A stretch of DNA of 64,000 bases from an uncultured Nitrososphaeraceae archaeon. GTDB taxonomy: Archaea; Thermoproteota; Nitrososphaeria; Nitrososphaerales; Nitrososphaeraceae. A model generated the notes under the pieces. It made no database searches and was not told where the DNA came from. It worked only from the letters and a program-made list of their open reading frames with translations. Below are positions 20,640-31,847 of this stretch, one piece after another. The position numbers were made by a program, and so were the translations under genes. The stretch covers positions 320,001 to 384,000 of the forward strand of contig CAVZZA010000001.1 of the NCBI GenBank assembly GCA_963779615.1, written 5' to 3'. Position 1 is the first letter of the stretch. The number at the start of each line of letters is the position of its first letter.

Positions 20640-21116
20640 TTAAGGAGGTTTATCTTTTTTGTCTTGATCCAAATCAAAATCTCGAGATTGTTTTAGTTTT
20701 TCAGAAAAGCTAATTGTTTTGCCATGATCGGAGATAGAAATATTGGTATTTATTCGAATGTTCAACCCTAATGATCTAAAAACACTAAGTAGGTCACCAC
20801 CTGATATTTTTGAAATTTCCCCATAACGTATCAATTCGTTTAATCTTTTGACAATGGTTTTAGTTTGGAAAGGAAATTGTTGCTCTGCAATATCTAATAC
20901 TTCAGTGCCACGGTCATACAAATAACTTGTCAGAAAATCTCGCTCAGATACACCATCTGCCGTTGTGGATTTTTTTTGATTTAATTCATTTTGCTCAGAA
21001 ATTTTTTTTTCTTTCTCCTTAGACGCAAATTGCTCTTTGAGAGCTTTCATTTTTCTAGCATTAATTAATTCAAGATCTGGATCAGGAGTATTTGGGTTTT
21101 CGTTATTGTCAGTCAT
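20640..21116 (-). CDS. PDCD5/double-stranded DNA-binding domain family protein
   Basis: DPDLELINARKM, LYDRGTEVL, KISGGDLLSVFRSLGLNIR. Confidence 0.7.
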   Translation of the reverse strand: MTDNNENPNTPDPDLELINARKMKALKEQFASKEKEKKISEQNELNQKKSTTADGVSERDFLTSYLYDRGTEVLDIAEQQFPFQTKTIVKRLNELIRYGEISKISGGDLLSVFRSLGLNIRINTNISISDHGKTISFSEKLKQSRDFDLDQDKKDKPP

Positions 21117-21117
21117 T

Positions 21118-22597
21118 TTAACCCTTAATCACCCCTAAAGGTACCAGCCGTACTGCTTTGGTAGCAATACCCACATTATGTGACACATCTGCAACCATAT
21201 CTACATCTTTGTATGCATCGGGTGCTTCTTCAACCAAACCATTCTTGGTCAAAGATTTTACGTAAACACCCCTAGACTCCAATTTTTTCTTTATTTCATC
21301 TATTGTATGAATCCTTTTTGCGTGAGATCTTGACATGGTCCTTCCAGCACCATGAGCAGTTGATCCAAAGCTTAAATCCATAGACTTTTGATTTCCTAAC
21401 AATATCCAGCTTGCAGTGCCCATAGATCCAGGAATAATCACAGGTTGACCTATAGATCGGTATTTTTGTGGTATTTGTTCCATACCTGCGGGAAAAGCGC
21501 GAGTTGCGCCTTTCCTGTGCACAACTAAGTCTCTTAATCCCTCACCATCAACTTTATGGCGTTCCACTTTTGCAATATTATGGGAAACATCATATACCAA
21601 GTTCATATCTAAATCTTGCTCACTCATCTTAAGAACACGCTGAAAAGTCATCCTTGTCCAATGAGTGATCATTTGCCTATTTGCCCAGGCAAAATTCAAG
21701 GCTGAAAACATTGACTTTCTATAACTTTCACCCTCAGGTGAAATATTAGGAACGCAAGCTAATTCCCTATCCACAACATTTAGATTATATTTTTTTGCAG
21801 CTTGTTCGGATAGGCGCAAGTAGTCGCTACAAACCTGGTGGCCGAATCCTCTTGAACCACAATGAATTAAAATCTGAATTTGGCCTTCCTTTGTTATTCC
21901 CATGGTTTTTGAAGACTCATCATCATATATCTTATCCACCTTTTGAATTTCTAGGAAATGGTTCCCCGAACCTAAACTACCTAATTGAAGAGATCCTCTT
22001 TTTCGCGCATTGGTTGAAATGTTAACAGGGTCTGCACCATCCATTTTGCCAGATTCCTCACAAGACTCAAGATCGCTATTTATACCATAACCATTATCTA
22101 TAGACCATTTTGCACCCTCTACAAGCAATTCATCCAATTCAGAAGAAGTAAGCTTAATTGAGCCCTCACTCCCTACACCTGTTGGAATAGAGGAAAAAAG
22201 TTGATCTACAAGTTCCTTAAGTTTTGGACGTATATCAGCTTCAACTAGATTTGTTCTGATCAATCTGACCCCACAATTAATATCATAACCAACGCCACCT
22301 GGGCTAATAATTCCCTCTTCAAGATCGGATGCAGCCACACCCCCTACAGGAAAACCATAACCTTCATGTCCATCGGGTAAGACAACCATATGTTTTTTAA
22401 CTCCGGGAAGAGTAGTTACATTTACAGCTTGATCTAAGAGTACGGTCTTCAATCATCTTTGAAATTAATAAATCATTTGCAAATATCGTAACTGGAATAT
22501 TCATTCCTTTGGATGTGTCTTTTGGTATTTGAAATTGAAAATCCGAAACTTTACTAACCCTGTGCTTTCCATTTTTTGTTACTAATGAACTAGACAT
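21118..22597 (-). CDS. rtcB: tRNA-splicing ligase RtcB, split by a +1 frameshift near 22437
   Basis: LPDGHEGYGFPVGG, GYDINCG, GSGNHF, HRKGAT, TAHGAGR, EEAPDAYK. Removing one base from ACTCTTAGAT joins DRT to LDQAVNV. Confidence 0.95.
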
Positions 22598-22684
22598 TAT
22601 TCCCTATATGTTAAATATTTTAAGATCGCTAAATATTAATCATCCTAAATAATAAATTAGATAACCAATACTTTAGAATAATCA

Positions 22685-24043
22685 ATGCCTATTTTACCAA
22701 TTGATAATGGAAGATATGGAAGTAAAGAAATGAAGACAATTTTTGAGGAATGTAAAAAATTAAATTATGAATTAAGGTTTGAGGCAGCAGTTGCAGAAGC
22801 ACAAGCAAAGATTTCTATAATACCCCAAGATGCTGCAACAGAGATAACAGGGATAATAACATCAGATAAGATAAGCCTGAACAGAGTTAAGGATTTAGAA
22901 AAGGTAAGCGATCATGATACTGCCGCAATAGTAGAAGCAATAAGCGAACTATGTTCAAACAATACAAAACCTTGGATTCATTATGGGTTAACCAGTAATG
23001 ATGTAGTTGATACTAGCACATCAATGCAGATGAGGGATGCATTTGCGATCATTGAATCGAAAATAAGGGAACTCTTAAGGGAACTGCTAAAGAAGGCTAA
23101 AGAAAATGAAAATTTACCAGCAGCAGGTAGAACCCATGGTCAACATGCAAGCATTATTTCATTTGGTTTAAAATTTGCAATTTGGTCAAATGAGATGCTA
23201 GATCATTTAACAAGGATTGAACAAGGTAAAAAAAGGTTCTTGTTGTGCAAAACTATGGGGGTCGTTGGAACGGGTTCATTTATGAGAGATAAAGCACTAG
23301 AAGTTCAAGAAATGGTATCAGAAAAACTAGATCTTTTTCCTGCAGAAGCGGCAACGCAGGTAATTCCAAGGGAAAGATATGCAGAAATGGTTTTCATTAT
23401 CGCATTAATCGGCTCTACTCTAGATAAAATAGCTATTGAAATAAGGAATTTACAAAGAACCGAAATTGGGGAAGTTCAAGAATCATTTAAGAAGGGTCAA
23501 ATGGGAAGCAGTGCCGTACCAGTAAAAAAAAACCCAATTAAGAGCGAAAGAATCTCATCATTTGCCAAAATTCTAAAATCCAATTTATATGCATCTTTAG
23601 AAAACATATCTTTATGGCATGAAAGGGATTTATCCAATTCTGCTAACGAACGTTTCATAATTCCAATAACAGTCATTTTGATAGATGACATGATTACCAC
23701 AATGATAAAAATAATTGCAGGGTTATTCATAAACAAAGAGCGGATTTTGAAAAATATAGAAATAACTAATGGTCAAATATTTGCAGAATTCGTCCTTCAA
23801 TTATTAATTTCTAAAGGTATTTCGAGGTTTGAAGCATACAGGAATATACAAAGAATAGCATTTAAATCGGTTGAATCAGGGGAACATTTTTTAAAGTCAT
23901 TATCAATCGATGACGATATTATGAAAAACATTACCATAGAAGAATTGTCATCCATATTTAATCCACAAAATCAATTGTGTGCATCAAATCAAATTATTAA
24001 TAACATCATAAAAAAGGCTGAAGGAATGAAAATATTTCACTAA
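22685..24043 (+). CDS. purB: Adenylosuccinate lyase
   Basis: IHYGLTSND, GRTHGQ, GSSAVPVKKNP, WHERDLSNSA. Confidence 0.97.
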   Translation: MPILPIDNGRYGSKEMKTIFEECKKLNYELRFEAAVAEAQAKISIIPQDAATEITGIITSDKISLNRVKDLEKVSDHDTAAIVEAISELCSNNTKPWIHYGLTSNDVVDTSTSMQMRDAFAIIESKIRELLRELLKKAKENENLPAAGRTHGQHASIISFGLKFAIWSNEMLDHLTRIEQGKKRFLLCKTMGVVGTGSFMRDKALEVQEMVSEKLDLFPAEAATQVIPRERYAEMVFIIALIGSTLDKIAIEIRNLQRTEIGEVQESFKKGQMGSSAVPVKKNPIKSERISSFAKILKSNLYASLENISLWHERDLSNSANERFIIPITVILIDDMITTMIKIIAGLFINKERILKNIEITNGQIFAEFVLQLLISKGISRFEAYRNIQRIAFKSVESGEHFLKSLSIDDDIMKNITIEELSSIFNPQNQLCASNQIINNIIKKAEGMKIFH

Positions 24044-24092
24044 TAAACATATATGATAGGACAAACATATTATATAAATTTACGATTGTCAG

Positions 24093-26486
24093 TTGAAAAG
24101 CTACATAAAGTCCATTTTAGATAGGGATAAAAAAACACCCGTCAAGAAGGATCCCCAGTGGGCTTTTAGTTTACTGCATTACGAATATGCAAAAGGTTTT
24201 TTCATCACATTATCATTTATTTCCATGATATCCGTCGGTTTTTTTGGAATTCCTTTAATCTCTAATTTTTTTTTAGACAAGGATAGCCATTCAATAGAAA
24301 TGGTATTTGCGGTATTTAGTCTATTAGGGTGTATTTGGGGATTCATGGCATATAACCAATTTGATAAATTCACTAAATTGATTAAATACACATTTTCATT
24401 ATCCCGGAAAATAGACCCAATGATAGGAGAGTATGATTACAAAACGTTTAACCCTGAAACTAAACAATGGGAAGAGGGATACACACATTATGGGATTGTA
24501 GATTTCTGGGATAGCGAAAACGAGGTTCCGCAATGGATGGATAAAGGAAAATATTGGAAAATACTTATCGAAGTTCAGAAAATAAATAGGAATACAACGC
24601 TGAAAGTGACCAAGGATTTTAATCTTCCTTTTAATCGCGGGAAAAATAATTTGGTTGTATTATTAAAAGAGAACAAACCCTCCTCCAGTCTATTGAAAGA
24701 AAATACAAAGTCTGATCACAGAAAATACACAAAATTTAGAGTACTCATACCGCAATGGCTAGTATTGAATACTGAATATTCAAAGTATAACTCAAATCCT
24801 CAATTAGAAATAAGTACACTTACAAGCGCAATTACAGAGGTTAATAAAAACATTTCAAAGATAATTGATGAGATAGTATGCAGAGTTAAAGTAATAATGC
24901 TGCAGCCATGGAATATGTTATTATCATTGATAACATATTTAAATAAAAGCCTTCCCATAAGGATAATCTACACCGAAATAAAAGACATGATGCCAGGAGC
25001 AAAGGATCGCCAGATTCAATATACAAATGACAATCTTTCAAGAATATCAACAAACGCCTTGATCGGCTCTTTAATAATTAAAGCCAATATGGTGGGAGTC
25101 GATAACAAATCTTTGAACAAGATAGCATCATTGATTAAATTCCTAAAAAACGAGTACGAAAAATTAGGTTTAGGAGAAGGTTCTAGCGAATACCACAACC
25201 TCCACCATTCACTGGAAGTTGCATATATGAGTTTACACATGCTACCTAAGGAAATTCACGGATATGATTTCAATAACAAAGATTATGAAATAATGCTTGT
25301 TGCGGCATTATTACATGACTATGATCCCATGCAGGATTTAAAATTTCGTAACTCAAAATATACAAGAAGGCCTACTGTAAATAACACAGTAGAGGAATTA
25401 AGGAAAAAGAGAATTCATGACGCTTATTTTGTTTTTAACGATGAAGAGTTGGTAAAATTCTTTAGAAAATATCAATCTTCCCTATTACCTACAAAAGAGT
25501 TTGCAACAATACATCCAGAATATTTGAAAGATAAAGAGACACCAATAGAGAGCAAAATAGTGGAGGCTCTGATTTGGAGGACTGATTATCCGTATGATGA
25601 AAAATCCCAAAAAAACTTTAATCAATTATTGCTAGAAATCAATAATGCTGGCTATTCTTGTGAAAAAATTAATTTAATAGCTGAGGTTTTATCATTGTCC
25701 GATCTCTCTGTAACATATTTAAGTTCAGATCCGCTTTTAGCATGGAATAGAGTAGTAAAACTGTATCAAGAATTAAACCTTCCCGTATCAGAAGCGGTTT
25801 CAAGGACAGATAGATTTCTTTCCTTTTTTTCAGAAGAATCGTTATTTAAAGAAATAATATCTAAAAAAAATTTTCCGGAAGTATTCAGACAAAAATGGGA
25901 TAATGTTTACAGATTCTTTCACGAGGGGAATCCTTCAAATAGGGTCAATAAGATAATACTTGATGCAAAAACAAAATATCAAAAGATAAACATGGAAATC
26001 GATATGAATGGTTGCGATTTTTTAATAAGTAGTGCCCTCACAAACAGAAATGAGTTTTTTATAGGAATTGGAAAAAATAAAGAAGATTTGATGATGGCAC
26101 AGTCAAAATTGAAAGCAGTTGGAATAGAAAATTTAGAAGTTTTTCCAGGAAATACTGACAGACTACTACCTTTTATAAAGGACAAATCAATTGATAACTT
26201 TATAATATCGTTAATTAACGACAGAAAAACAGAGGCCCATAAGACCATGTTATTAAGGGATTTATTTTATTCGTATAACTCTAAATTAACTTTAAATGGA
26301 ACAACTCAAATAATAATTGAGAGAGACCAAAATCATGAAAAAATAATATCGTTAATACCTGACCAGGAATTTAAATTGTTAAACATATCTGACTGTACCG
26401 TATCGAAAGATATTTTGAAAGATGTATTTATAGATTTTGAAAAATTAGGTAATATTAAAATTATAGAAATATTAAAAACAAAATAA
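24093..26486 (+). CDS. Membrane-anchored HD-domain phosphohydrolase with degenerate C-terminal TrmB-like (class I MTase-fold) domain
   Basis: Two N-terminal TM helices. YHNLHHSLEV...AALLHDYD...LSDL. C-terminal MEIDMNGCDFL...FFIGI...NLEVFPGN...KDKSIDNFII. Confidence 0.7.
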   Translation: MKSYIKSILDRDKKTPVKKDPQWAFSLLHYEYAKGFFITLSFISMISVGFFGIPLISNFFLDKDSHSIEMVFAVFSLLGCIWGFMAYNQFDKFTKLIKYTFSLSRKIDPMIGEYDYKTFNPETKQWEEGYTHYGIVDFWDSENEVPQWMDKGKYWKILIEVQKINRNTTLKVTKDFNLPFNRGKNNLVVLLKENKPSSSLLKENTKSDHRKYTKFRVLIPQWLVLNTEYSKYNSNPQLEISTLTSAITEVNKNISKIIDEIVCRVKVIMLQPWNMLLSLITYLNKSLPIRIIYTEIKDMMPGAKDRQIQYTNDNLSRISTNALIGSLIIKANMVGVDNKSLNKIASLIKFLKNEYEKLGLGEGSSEYHNLHHSLEVAYMSLHMLPKEIHGYDFNNKDYEIMLVAALLHDYDPMQDLKFRNSKYTRRPTVNNTVEELRKKRIHDAYFVFNDEELVKFFRKYQSSLLPTKEFATIHPEYLKDKETPIESKIVEALIWRTDYPYDEKSQKNFNQLLLEINNAGYSCEKINLIAEVLSLSDLSVTYLSSDPLLAWNRVVKLYQELNLPVSEAVSRTDRFLSFFSEESLFKEIISKKNFPEVFRQKWDNVYRFFHEGNPSNRVNKIILDAKTKYQKINMEIDMNGCDFLISSALTNRNEFFIGIGKNKEDLMMAQSKLKAVGIENLEVFPGNTDRLLPFIKDKSIDNFIISLINDRKTEAHKTMLLRDLFYSYNSKLTLNGTTQIIIERDQNHEKIISLIPDQEFKLLNISDCTVSKDILKDVFIDFEKLGNIKIIEILKTK

Positions 26487-26541
26487 ACAATAGAAATAAA
26501 AAAATAATAGACAACCATATTGATTGTATAATAACGCAATA

Positions 26542-29500
26542 TTGGTCTATATTAAAAAATTAGAAATTTTTGGATTTAAATCATTTGGATCAAAAAATAT
26601 AACATTAAACCTCCAAAGAGGATTAATTGTAGTTACAGGTCCTAACGGTTCAGGCAAAAGTAATATCCTAGATGCCATTTTATTTGCATTAGGAGAAAAC
26701 AGTCCAAAAGCTCTTAGGGTAGACAGGTTTCAATCTTTATTCCATGATACTTCCACAAACAACAATACAAATAAAACGGTAAAAGTAAGCCTAACTTTTG
26801 ACAATATAGACAGAGGAATACCAGTAGATAACGATAATGTTACTATTACTAGGGAAATGTCTGGAATAAATAGTGGAGAAAGTCAATACACCATCAACGG
26901 GAAAAAAGTTTCAAGAAATAACATAATGGAGCTATTGGAAATAGTGGTTGCATCACCTAACAAACTGAACATAGTGCAACAAGGCATGATAACAAGAATA
27001 TCTGAATTGAATTCAGAAGAAAGAAGGAAAATAATAGAAGACATCATTGGGTTGTCTTATTTTGATGAGAAAAAAAATCAAGCTATGAAACAATTAGAAG
27101 AATCAGATAGAAGATTGGAAATAGCTTTAACTAAAATGGATGATGTAAGAAGTAGAATAGATGAACTAGAATCAGAAAGAAATGATCAGCACAGATTTAT
27201 ACAACTAGAACTCGAAATCAAGAGGTTAAAAGCTATCAAAATCTCTGAAAAATTAAAGAGAATAATTAACGGCCTCACAAATTTTAATGCTGAAATCAAA
27301 AACAAAGAGAACAATATTAAACTAACATCAAATGAAGTAAATAACCTCAATAATCAAATTGAAAAGTTGAATAAAGAGAAAGAGCAGTTTCTAATTTTGT
27401 CAAACAATTCAAATAAAGAGAAAAAGGAATTGGAGACAAGACTATCCTCAGTAATTTATCAATATGAGCGAACTAATGCAATAATAAAAGAATCTCAATA
27501 TTATTTCAATCAAATAACCCAAAAGGAAAAAAATAATTTACTAGAGCAACAAATACAATATAAAAAATTAAAAGACTATGAAGAAAAGTCAACCACAATA
27601 GGGAACAAAATTGAAGTGGAAAATAATAATAATAAAGAGGTCAAAAAAAGATTAGAAGAAATAGTTGAAGAAATAGAAGGAAAAAACAGGTTAAACTTGA
27701 ACGAAGTAAATAGAAGGAATTTCCTTGAATCAAGGTTAAAAAAATTAATACGACTGCAAGGCGAATTTGAGGTAAATATTGCTAGGAATGAAGAGAAGAT
27801 TAAAAACACATCAGACAAAATAAGAAGCAACGACAATCTAATACAAGAGTTACTCACTGAAAAGAAAGAAAACGAGAAAAAGATATCAGATTTAAATAAT
27901 GAAATTAAAGAAGTTTATACAAATACTTCAAAGCTATGGAACAATAGTAATAGAATTGGCTCAGAGTCCATAGAATTAAGTGAAGAACTAGAGATGTCTA
28001 AAAAAATAACAGATAATGCAGAAAAAGCAATTCTAAAGTATGACGAAAAAATGAAGTTAGCAAAAAACATTTTGACAGAGGATCATGCAATTGCAACCTT
28101 ATCGAAAGATTTTAAAAATTTAGGTATCACAGGATATGTATTTAGTTTATTAAAATGGGATGAAAAGTTCCAAAAAGCTATTATTGCTTCTGGAAATGAA
28201 TGGATGAAATCCATAGTCGTAAAAGATATCAAAAGTATGGTCATTCTAGCGGAATTTTCTAAAAATAACGGGATACCGTTTCTAAAAATAATTCCTACCG
28301 AATTACTTGACGGGGGAAAGATTAAAAAAATCCCCGATGACCCGTCAATATTAGGATTATTATCTGAATTTGTGTATTGCGAAATAAAAAATTTACCCGA
28401 GTTTTTATTTGGCAACATAATACTTACAAAAAACCCAGTAACGGCGTATCTGTTATCTAAAAATGGATATAAAGCAGTATCGATTACCGGAGAAATTTTT
28501 TTTCCGAATTTATCTTTAATGCAGTTTGATTACGGTTCGAAAATATCCGATCTTACCAAAGATATTTTGTCATCCCACTCGATTGAAAGTCTAAAAATCG
28601 CTATGGAAAAACTGAAAACCTTAACAAAGAGAAAAACTACTGATCTGAACTACCTTAATGAAGAGAATTCAAAAGTTAAAAAAGTAATAAACTCAAACGA
28701 ATTGAGAATTTCCGACCTAAATAAACAAATTATAGAAATAAAAAAATTGATAAACAAACAGCAACATGATTGTGAAAAATTAATTGGTAGTAACATAGAT
28801 AATAGTTCAGCAATTGATAAAATAGCAAATATCTTCTACAGATACAAATCCAGGTTTATTATTGTTGAAAGAGCTGTAAATAAAATAAAAGAGGGCATAG
28901 AACAAATAGAAAAGGAAAATGACATGGAACAAATAGAAAATTTGAATAAAGAACAAAAAAAGATTAGTAACGAGATTGAAGCAAAAAATAACCAACTAAG
29001 GGAACTGACATTAACTCAATCTCTTTTAAAGAATAATTTAGATAATACCAGTGTACAATACCAAAATACAATCAAGGAAAAGGAAAACATAGAAAAGGAA
29101 AAGGAAAACAAAAAAACGAATTTAGAAAAGGCAAGAATTGAACTAAAGGAGATTGAAGCAGAGCTTGAAACTTTGAGAGAAAAAGAAAACAAAATAATAC
29201 AATCAACGAGTTCCACATATGCAAAATTACAAGAATATGAACACACATATAGAAAATTAACCGAGAATGAAAAGAAAACCACCAAGGAATTGAATTTGTT
29301 AGAAAGAGAAACAGCTATAATCAATAAAGACATTTTAGATTTAGAAAACAAAAAAACGAATTTAATTAACGAACTACATGAATTGGGATATAAAGAAACT
29401 TTAGAGAGCTATGAGGTAGAAACTATATATCAAGAGTTAAAAACAGAATATGAAAGTATCAAAGAAAGAATAAACCTAAGAGCAGACGAAACTTATTTAG

Positions 29501-30075
29501 AAATAATAGACGGGTACCGCGGAATGTCAAATAAAAAAAATCAATTAGAAGAGGAGAGAAATTCTATCGTAAGGTTTATCGCCGAAACGGGAAAAGAAAA
29601 GGAAATTGTTTTTACCAATGCTTTTAAAAAGGTAGATGAAGACATTAGAAAAACATTTTCAGAGATTACAGGCGGCAGTGCTTTCCTAGAATTGGAAGAC
29701 CCTGAGAATATTTTCTCTGGTGGAATTTTATTAATGGTACAATTTCCAAATAAACATGCTAGAGAATCTACAGGTTTATCCGGAGGGGAAAAAACAATGG
29801 CAGCGATAGTTTTTCTATTAGCACTACAATCACTAAAACCCTCGCCTTTCTATTTAATGGATGAGGTAGATGCCCATTTAGACGCACAAAATACTGAAAG
29901 ATTATCGAAGATACTATTACTTAGGTCCAGTAACAATCAAATTATAATGGTAACACTGAAGGATTCTACAGTAGCCAAATCTGATATAATATTTGGGGTA
30001 TATCCAAAAAATGGAATATCTCAAGTGGTAAAGTACAATCATCCCAGCAAACTCAAGGTCATTAAGCAGAATTAA
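26542..30075 (+). CDS. smc: Chromosome partition protein Smc
   Basis: GFKSF, GPNGSGKSN, coiled coils, hinge, LSGGEK, DEVDAHLD. Likely TTG start at 26542. Confidence 0.97.
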   Translation: MVYIKKLEIFGFKSFGSKNITLNLQRGLIVVTGPNGSGKSNILDAILFALGENSPKALRVDRFQSLFHDTSTNNNTNKTVKVSLTFDNIDRGIPVDNDNVTITREMSGINSGESQYTINGKKVSRNNIMELLEIVVASPNKLNIVQQGMITRISELNSEERRKIIEDIIGLSYFDEKKNQAMKQLEESDRRLEIALTKMDDVRSRIDELESERNDQHRFIQLELEIKRLKAIKISEKLKRIINGLTNFNAEIKNKENNIKLTSNEVNNLNNQIEKLNKEKEQFLILSNNSNKEKKELETRLSSVIYQYERTNAIIKESQYYFNQITQKEKNNLLEQQIQYKKLKDYEEKSTTIGNKIEVENNNNKEVKKRLEEIVEEIEGKNRLNLNEVNRRNFLESRLKKLIRLQGEFEVNIARNEEKIKNTSDKIRSNDNLIQELLTEKKENEKKISDLNNEIKEVYTNTSKLWNNSNRIGSESIELSEELEMSKKITDNAEKAILKYDEKMKLAKNILTEDHAIATLSKDFKNLGITGYVFSLLKWDEKFQKAIIASGNEWMKSIVVKDIKSMVILAEFSKNNGIPFLKIIPTELLDGGKIKKIPDDPSILGLLSEFVYCEIKNLPEFLFGNIILTKNPVTAYLLSKNGYKAVSITGEIFFPNLSLMQFDYGSKISDLTKDILSSHSIESLKIAMEKLKTLTKRKTTDLNYLNEENSKVKKVINSNELRISDLNKQIIEIKKLINKQQHDCEKLIGSNIDNSSAIDKIANIFYRYKSRFIIVERAVNKIKEGIEQIEKENDMEQIENLNKEQKKISNEIEAKNNQLRELTLTQSLLKNNLDNTSVQYQNTIKEKENIEKEKENKKTNLEKARIELKEIEAELETLREKENKIIQSTSSTYAKLQEYEHTYRKLTENEKKTTKELNLLERETAIINKDILDLENKKTNLINELHELGYKETLESYEVETIYQELKTEYESIKERINLRADETYLEIIDGYRGMSNKKNQLEEERNSIVRFIAETGKEKEIVFTNAFKKVDEDIRKTFSEITGGSAFLELEDPENIFSGGILLMVQFPNKHARESTGLSGGEKTMAAIVFLLALQSLKPSPFYLMDEVDAHLDAQNTERLSKILLLRSSNNQIIMVTLKDSTVAKSDIIFGVYPKNGISQVVKYNHPSKLKVIKQN

Positions 30076-30097
30076 ACTTGGCCCTCATTCCCGCAAG

Positions 30098-31069
30098 CTA
30101 ATTTTTATAATGAAAACAAGAGACATAATGCTTTTTAGAAATCTCGTACTCTTTTGGGTCATTAGCGCAGTCTTTAAAAGATAATTTACACCGGTTAGAA
30201 AATTTACATCCAATAGAAGAGACATCCAACAAGTTTGTTTTATCATAACTTTTATAGTATTTATCAGAACCTGATGAAGAGAAATTAACAGCATCCAATA
30301 ACATCCAAGTATACGGATGAAGTGGATTCAAAAGTACTTCATCAATGTCGCCAAATTCAACCAAGTTTCCTGCAAACATAATACCAATTTTATCCCCGAT
30401 AAATCTTGAAGTTGCCAAATCGTGTGTAATATAAATAATAGAAACATTCAAACTATTTCTCAAATCATTTAACAAGGACAAAATTTCTGCTCGTATAGAA
30501 ACATCCAACATTGATACGGGCTCATCAGCTATTATCAATCGGGGGGTGTTAACAATAGCTCTGGCAATTGAAACACGTTGTCTTTGGCCACCAGAAAGCA
30601 TACCGGGATATTTTTCTAAAAAATCCTCAACAGGTTCTAATTTTGTTCTGCTCAGAGCTATTTGAACCTTCTTTTCTTTTTCGGCATAATTTAAATTACC
30701 CTCATGAATTTTTAATGGCTCCATAACAATATCCTTGATTTTAAGGTAGGGGTTAATGGAACTGTATGGGTCCTGATGAATCATTTGTATTAACGAATAA
30801 AAAGTTTTGTTCTTTTTGAGAATATTAATATTTTGTCCTAAAAAATAAATATCCCCACCATCGGGAGGGATAGATCCCATGATGAGTCTAGCCAATGTAG
30901 TTTTTCCCGAGCCGGATTCTCCTGCCAGTACCAAAACTTTACCTTGATCGAGTTCAAAAGAGACACCATCTATTACCTTTTTGGTGTTTATAGAAGGTGA
31001 AAGAAATTTTAAAGAAATTTGCCTCACAGTGTAATATTTTTTAATATTTTTTAGCTGAAGTAATGACAT
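30098..31069 (-). CDS. Oligopeptide/dipeptide ABC transporter ATPase (OppF/DppF-like), no partners adjacent
   Basis: GESGSGKTT, QDPYSS, LSGGQRQR, ADEP, HPYT, C-terminal Cys cluster. Confidence 0.92.
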   Translation of the reverse strand: MSLLQLKNIKKYYTVRQISLKFLSPSINTKKVIDGVSFELDQGKVLVLAGESGSGKTTLARLIMGSIPPDGGDIYFLGQNINILKKNKTFYSLIQMIHQDPYSSINPYLKIKDIVMEPLKIHEGNLNYAEKEKKVQIALSRTKLEPVEDFLEKYPGMLSGGQRQRVSIARAIVNTPRLIIADEPVSMLDVSIRAEILSLLNDLRNSLNVSIIYITHDLATSRFIGDKIGIMFAGNLVEFGDIDEVLLNPLHPYTWMLLDAVNFSSSGSDKYYKSYDKTNLLDVSSIGCKFSNRCKLSFKDCANDPKEYEISKKHYVSCFHYKN

Positions 31070-31168
31070 TAAACAAAATAAGAGTTATTGGTATAAAATA
31101 CGATCGATATAATTAACGTCTTATGGACATGATGAACCACAGACATTAATAATAATAATAATATTACA

Positions 31169-31714
31169 TCATTTTTGTTTTTTTAATATTTTGTCAAGTA
31201 CTTTAGAAATAACTACGCTAAATATCAAAAATAATAAAAATTCCATATAATGGTTGGTCTTGCAAATTTTGCATATAGTCTTTGATTTAGATAAATTTGA
31301 AAGTAAATTTTGCTCTTCAACAAATAATTCGTTAATAATTTTGTAAAATTTAGGGTACAAGGAATTAATGATACTTATATTTTCTAGAACAACCGAATCA
31401 AAAGACAGGATATCAAAAAACAGTGATTTAATCGTAGATTTATAATATTTTACCAGAGTCCCTTTTACTTCTTTGGTTTTAGATATTTTGATTAAGCCAT
31501 TTTTTTTTAAAATATTCAAATGATGTCTTAACGTAGTCGCTGCTATTTTGCAATTAGATTTTTTTAAATGAATCATTAATTCGCTTACAGAAAGCTCTCG
31601 ATGGTAAAGCAGATCCAGGATTTTGACCCTATGAGGATCGCTTAATCCTTTTGTAATTGTCAAGCTTAAAGGGATTGTAACTAATAGTTTCTCATTAATT
31701 GAGATATTTTTCAT
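31169..31714 (-). CDS. ArsR-like winged-helix regulator
   Basis: LSDPHRVKILDLL...LSVSEL...TTLRHHLNILKKNGLI. CKIC...H in C-terminal part. Confidence 0.85.
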   Translation of the reverse strand: MKNISINEKLLVTIPLSLTITKGLSDPHRVKILDLLYHRELSVSELMIHLKKSNCKIAATTLRHHLNILKKNGLIKISKTKEVKGTLVKYYKSTIKSLFFDILSFDSVVLENISIINSLYPKFYKIINELFVEEQNLLSNLSKSKTICKICKTNHYMEFLLFLIFSVVISKVLDKILKKQK

Positions 31715-31818
31715 GTGTTTATTTTTTATTTGAATCCCATTTTATTAAGATATAATAAAAATGCAATTTATCTATTCTTCAATGCATGCATTGTACAGTT
31801 TAGAGAAAATTTGAGTGC

Positions 31819-31847
31819 ACTATTTAACTATTTAACTATTTAACTAT
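31819..31847. repeat. (ACTATTTA)3 tandem repeat upstream of the ArsR-like gene
   Basis: ACTATTTA ACTATTTA ACTATTTA ACTAT. Confidence 0.85.

Noticed and set aside
26542-30075. smc plus upstream HD gene as a Wadjet/Lamassu-type defence system
   Set aside because: The SMC is canonical, full-length with hinge, in core-gene context, and no jet/lmu partners are present.
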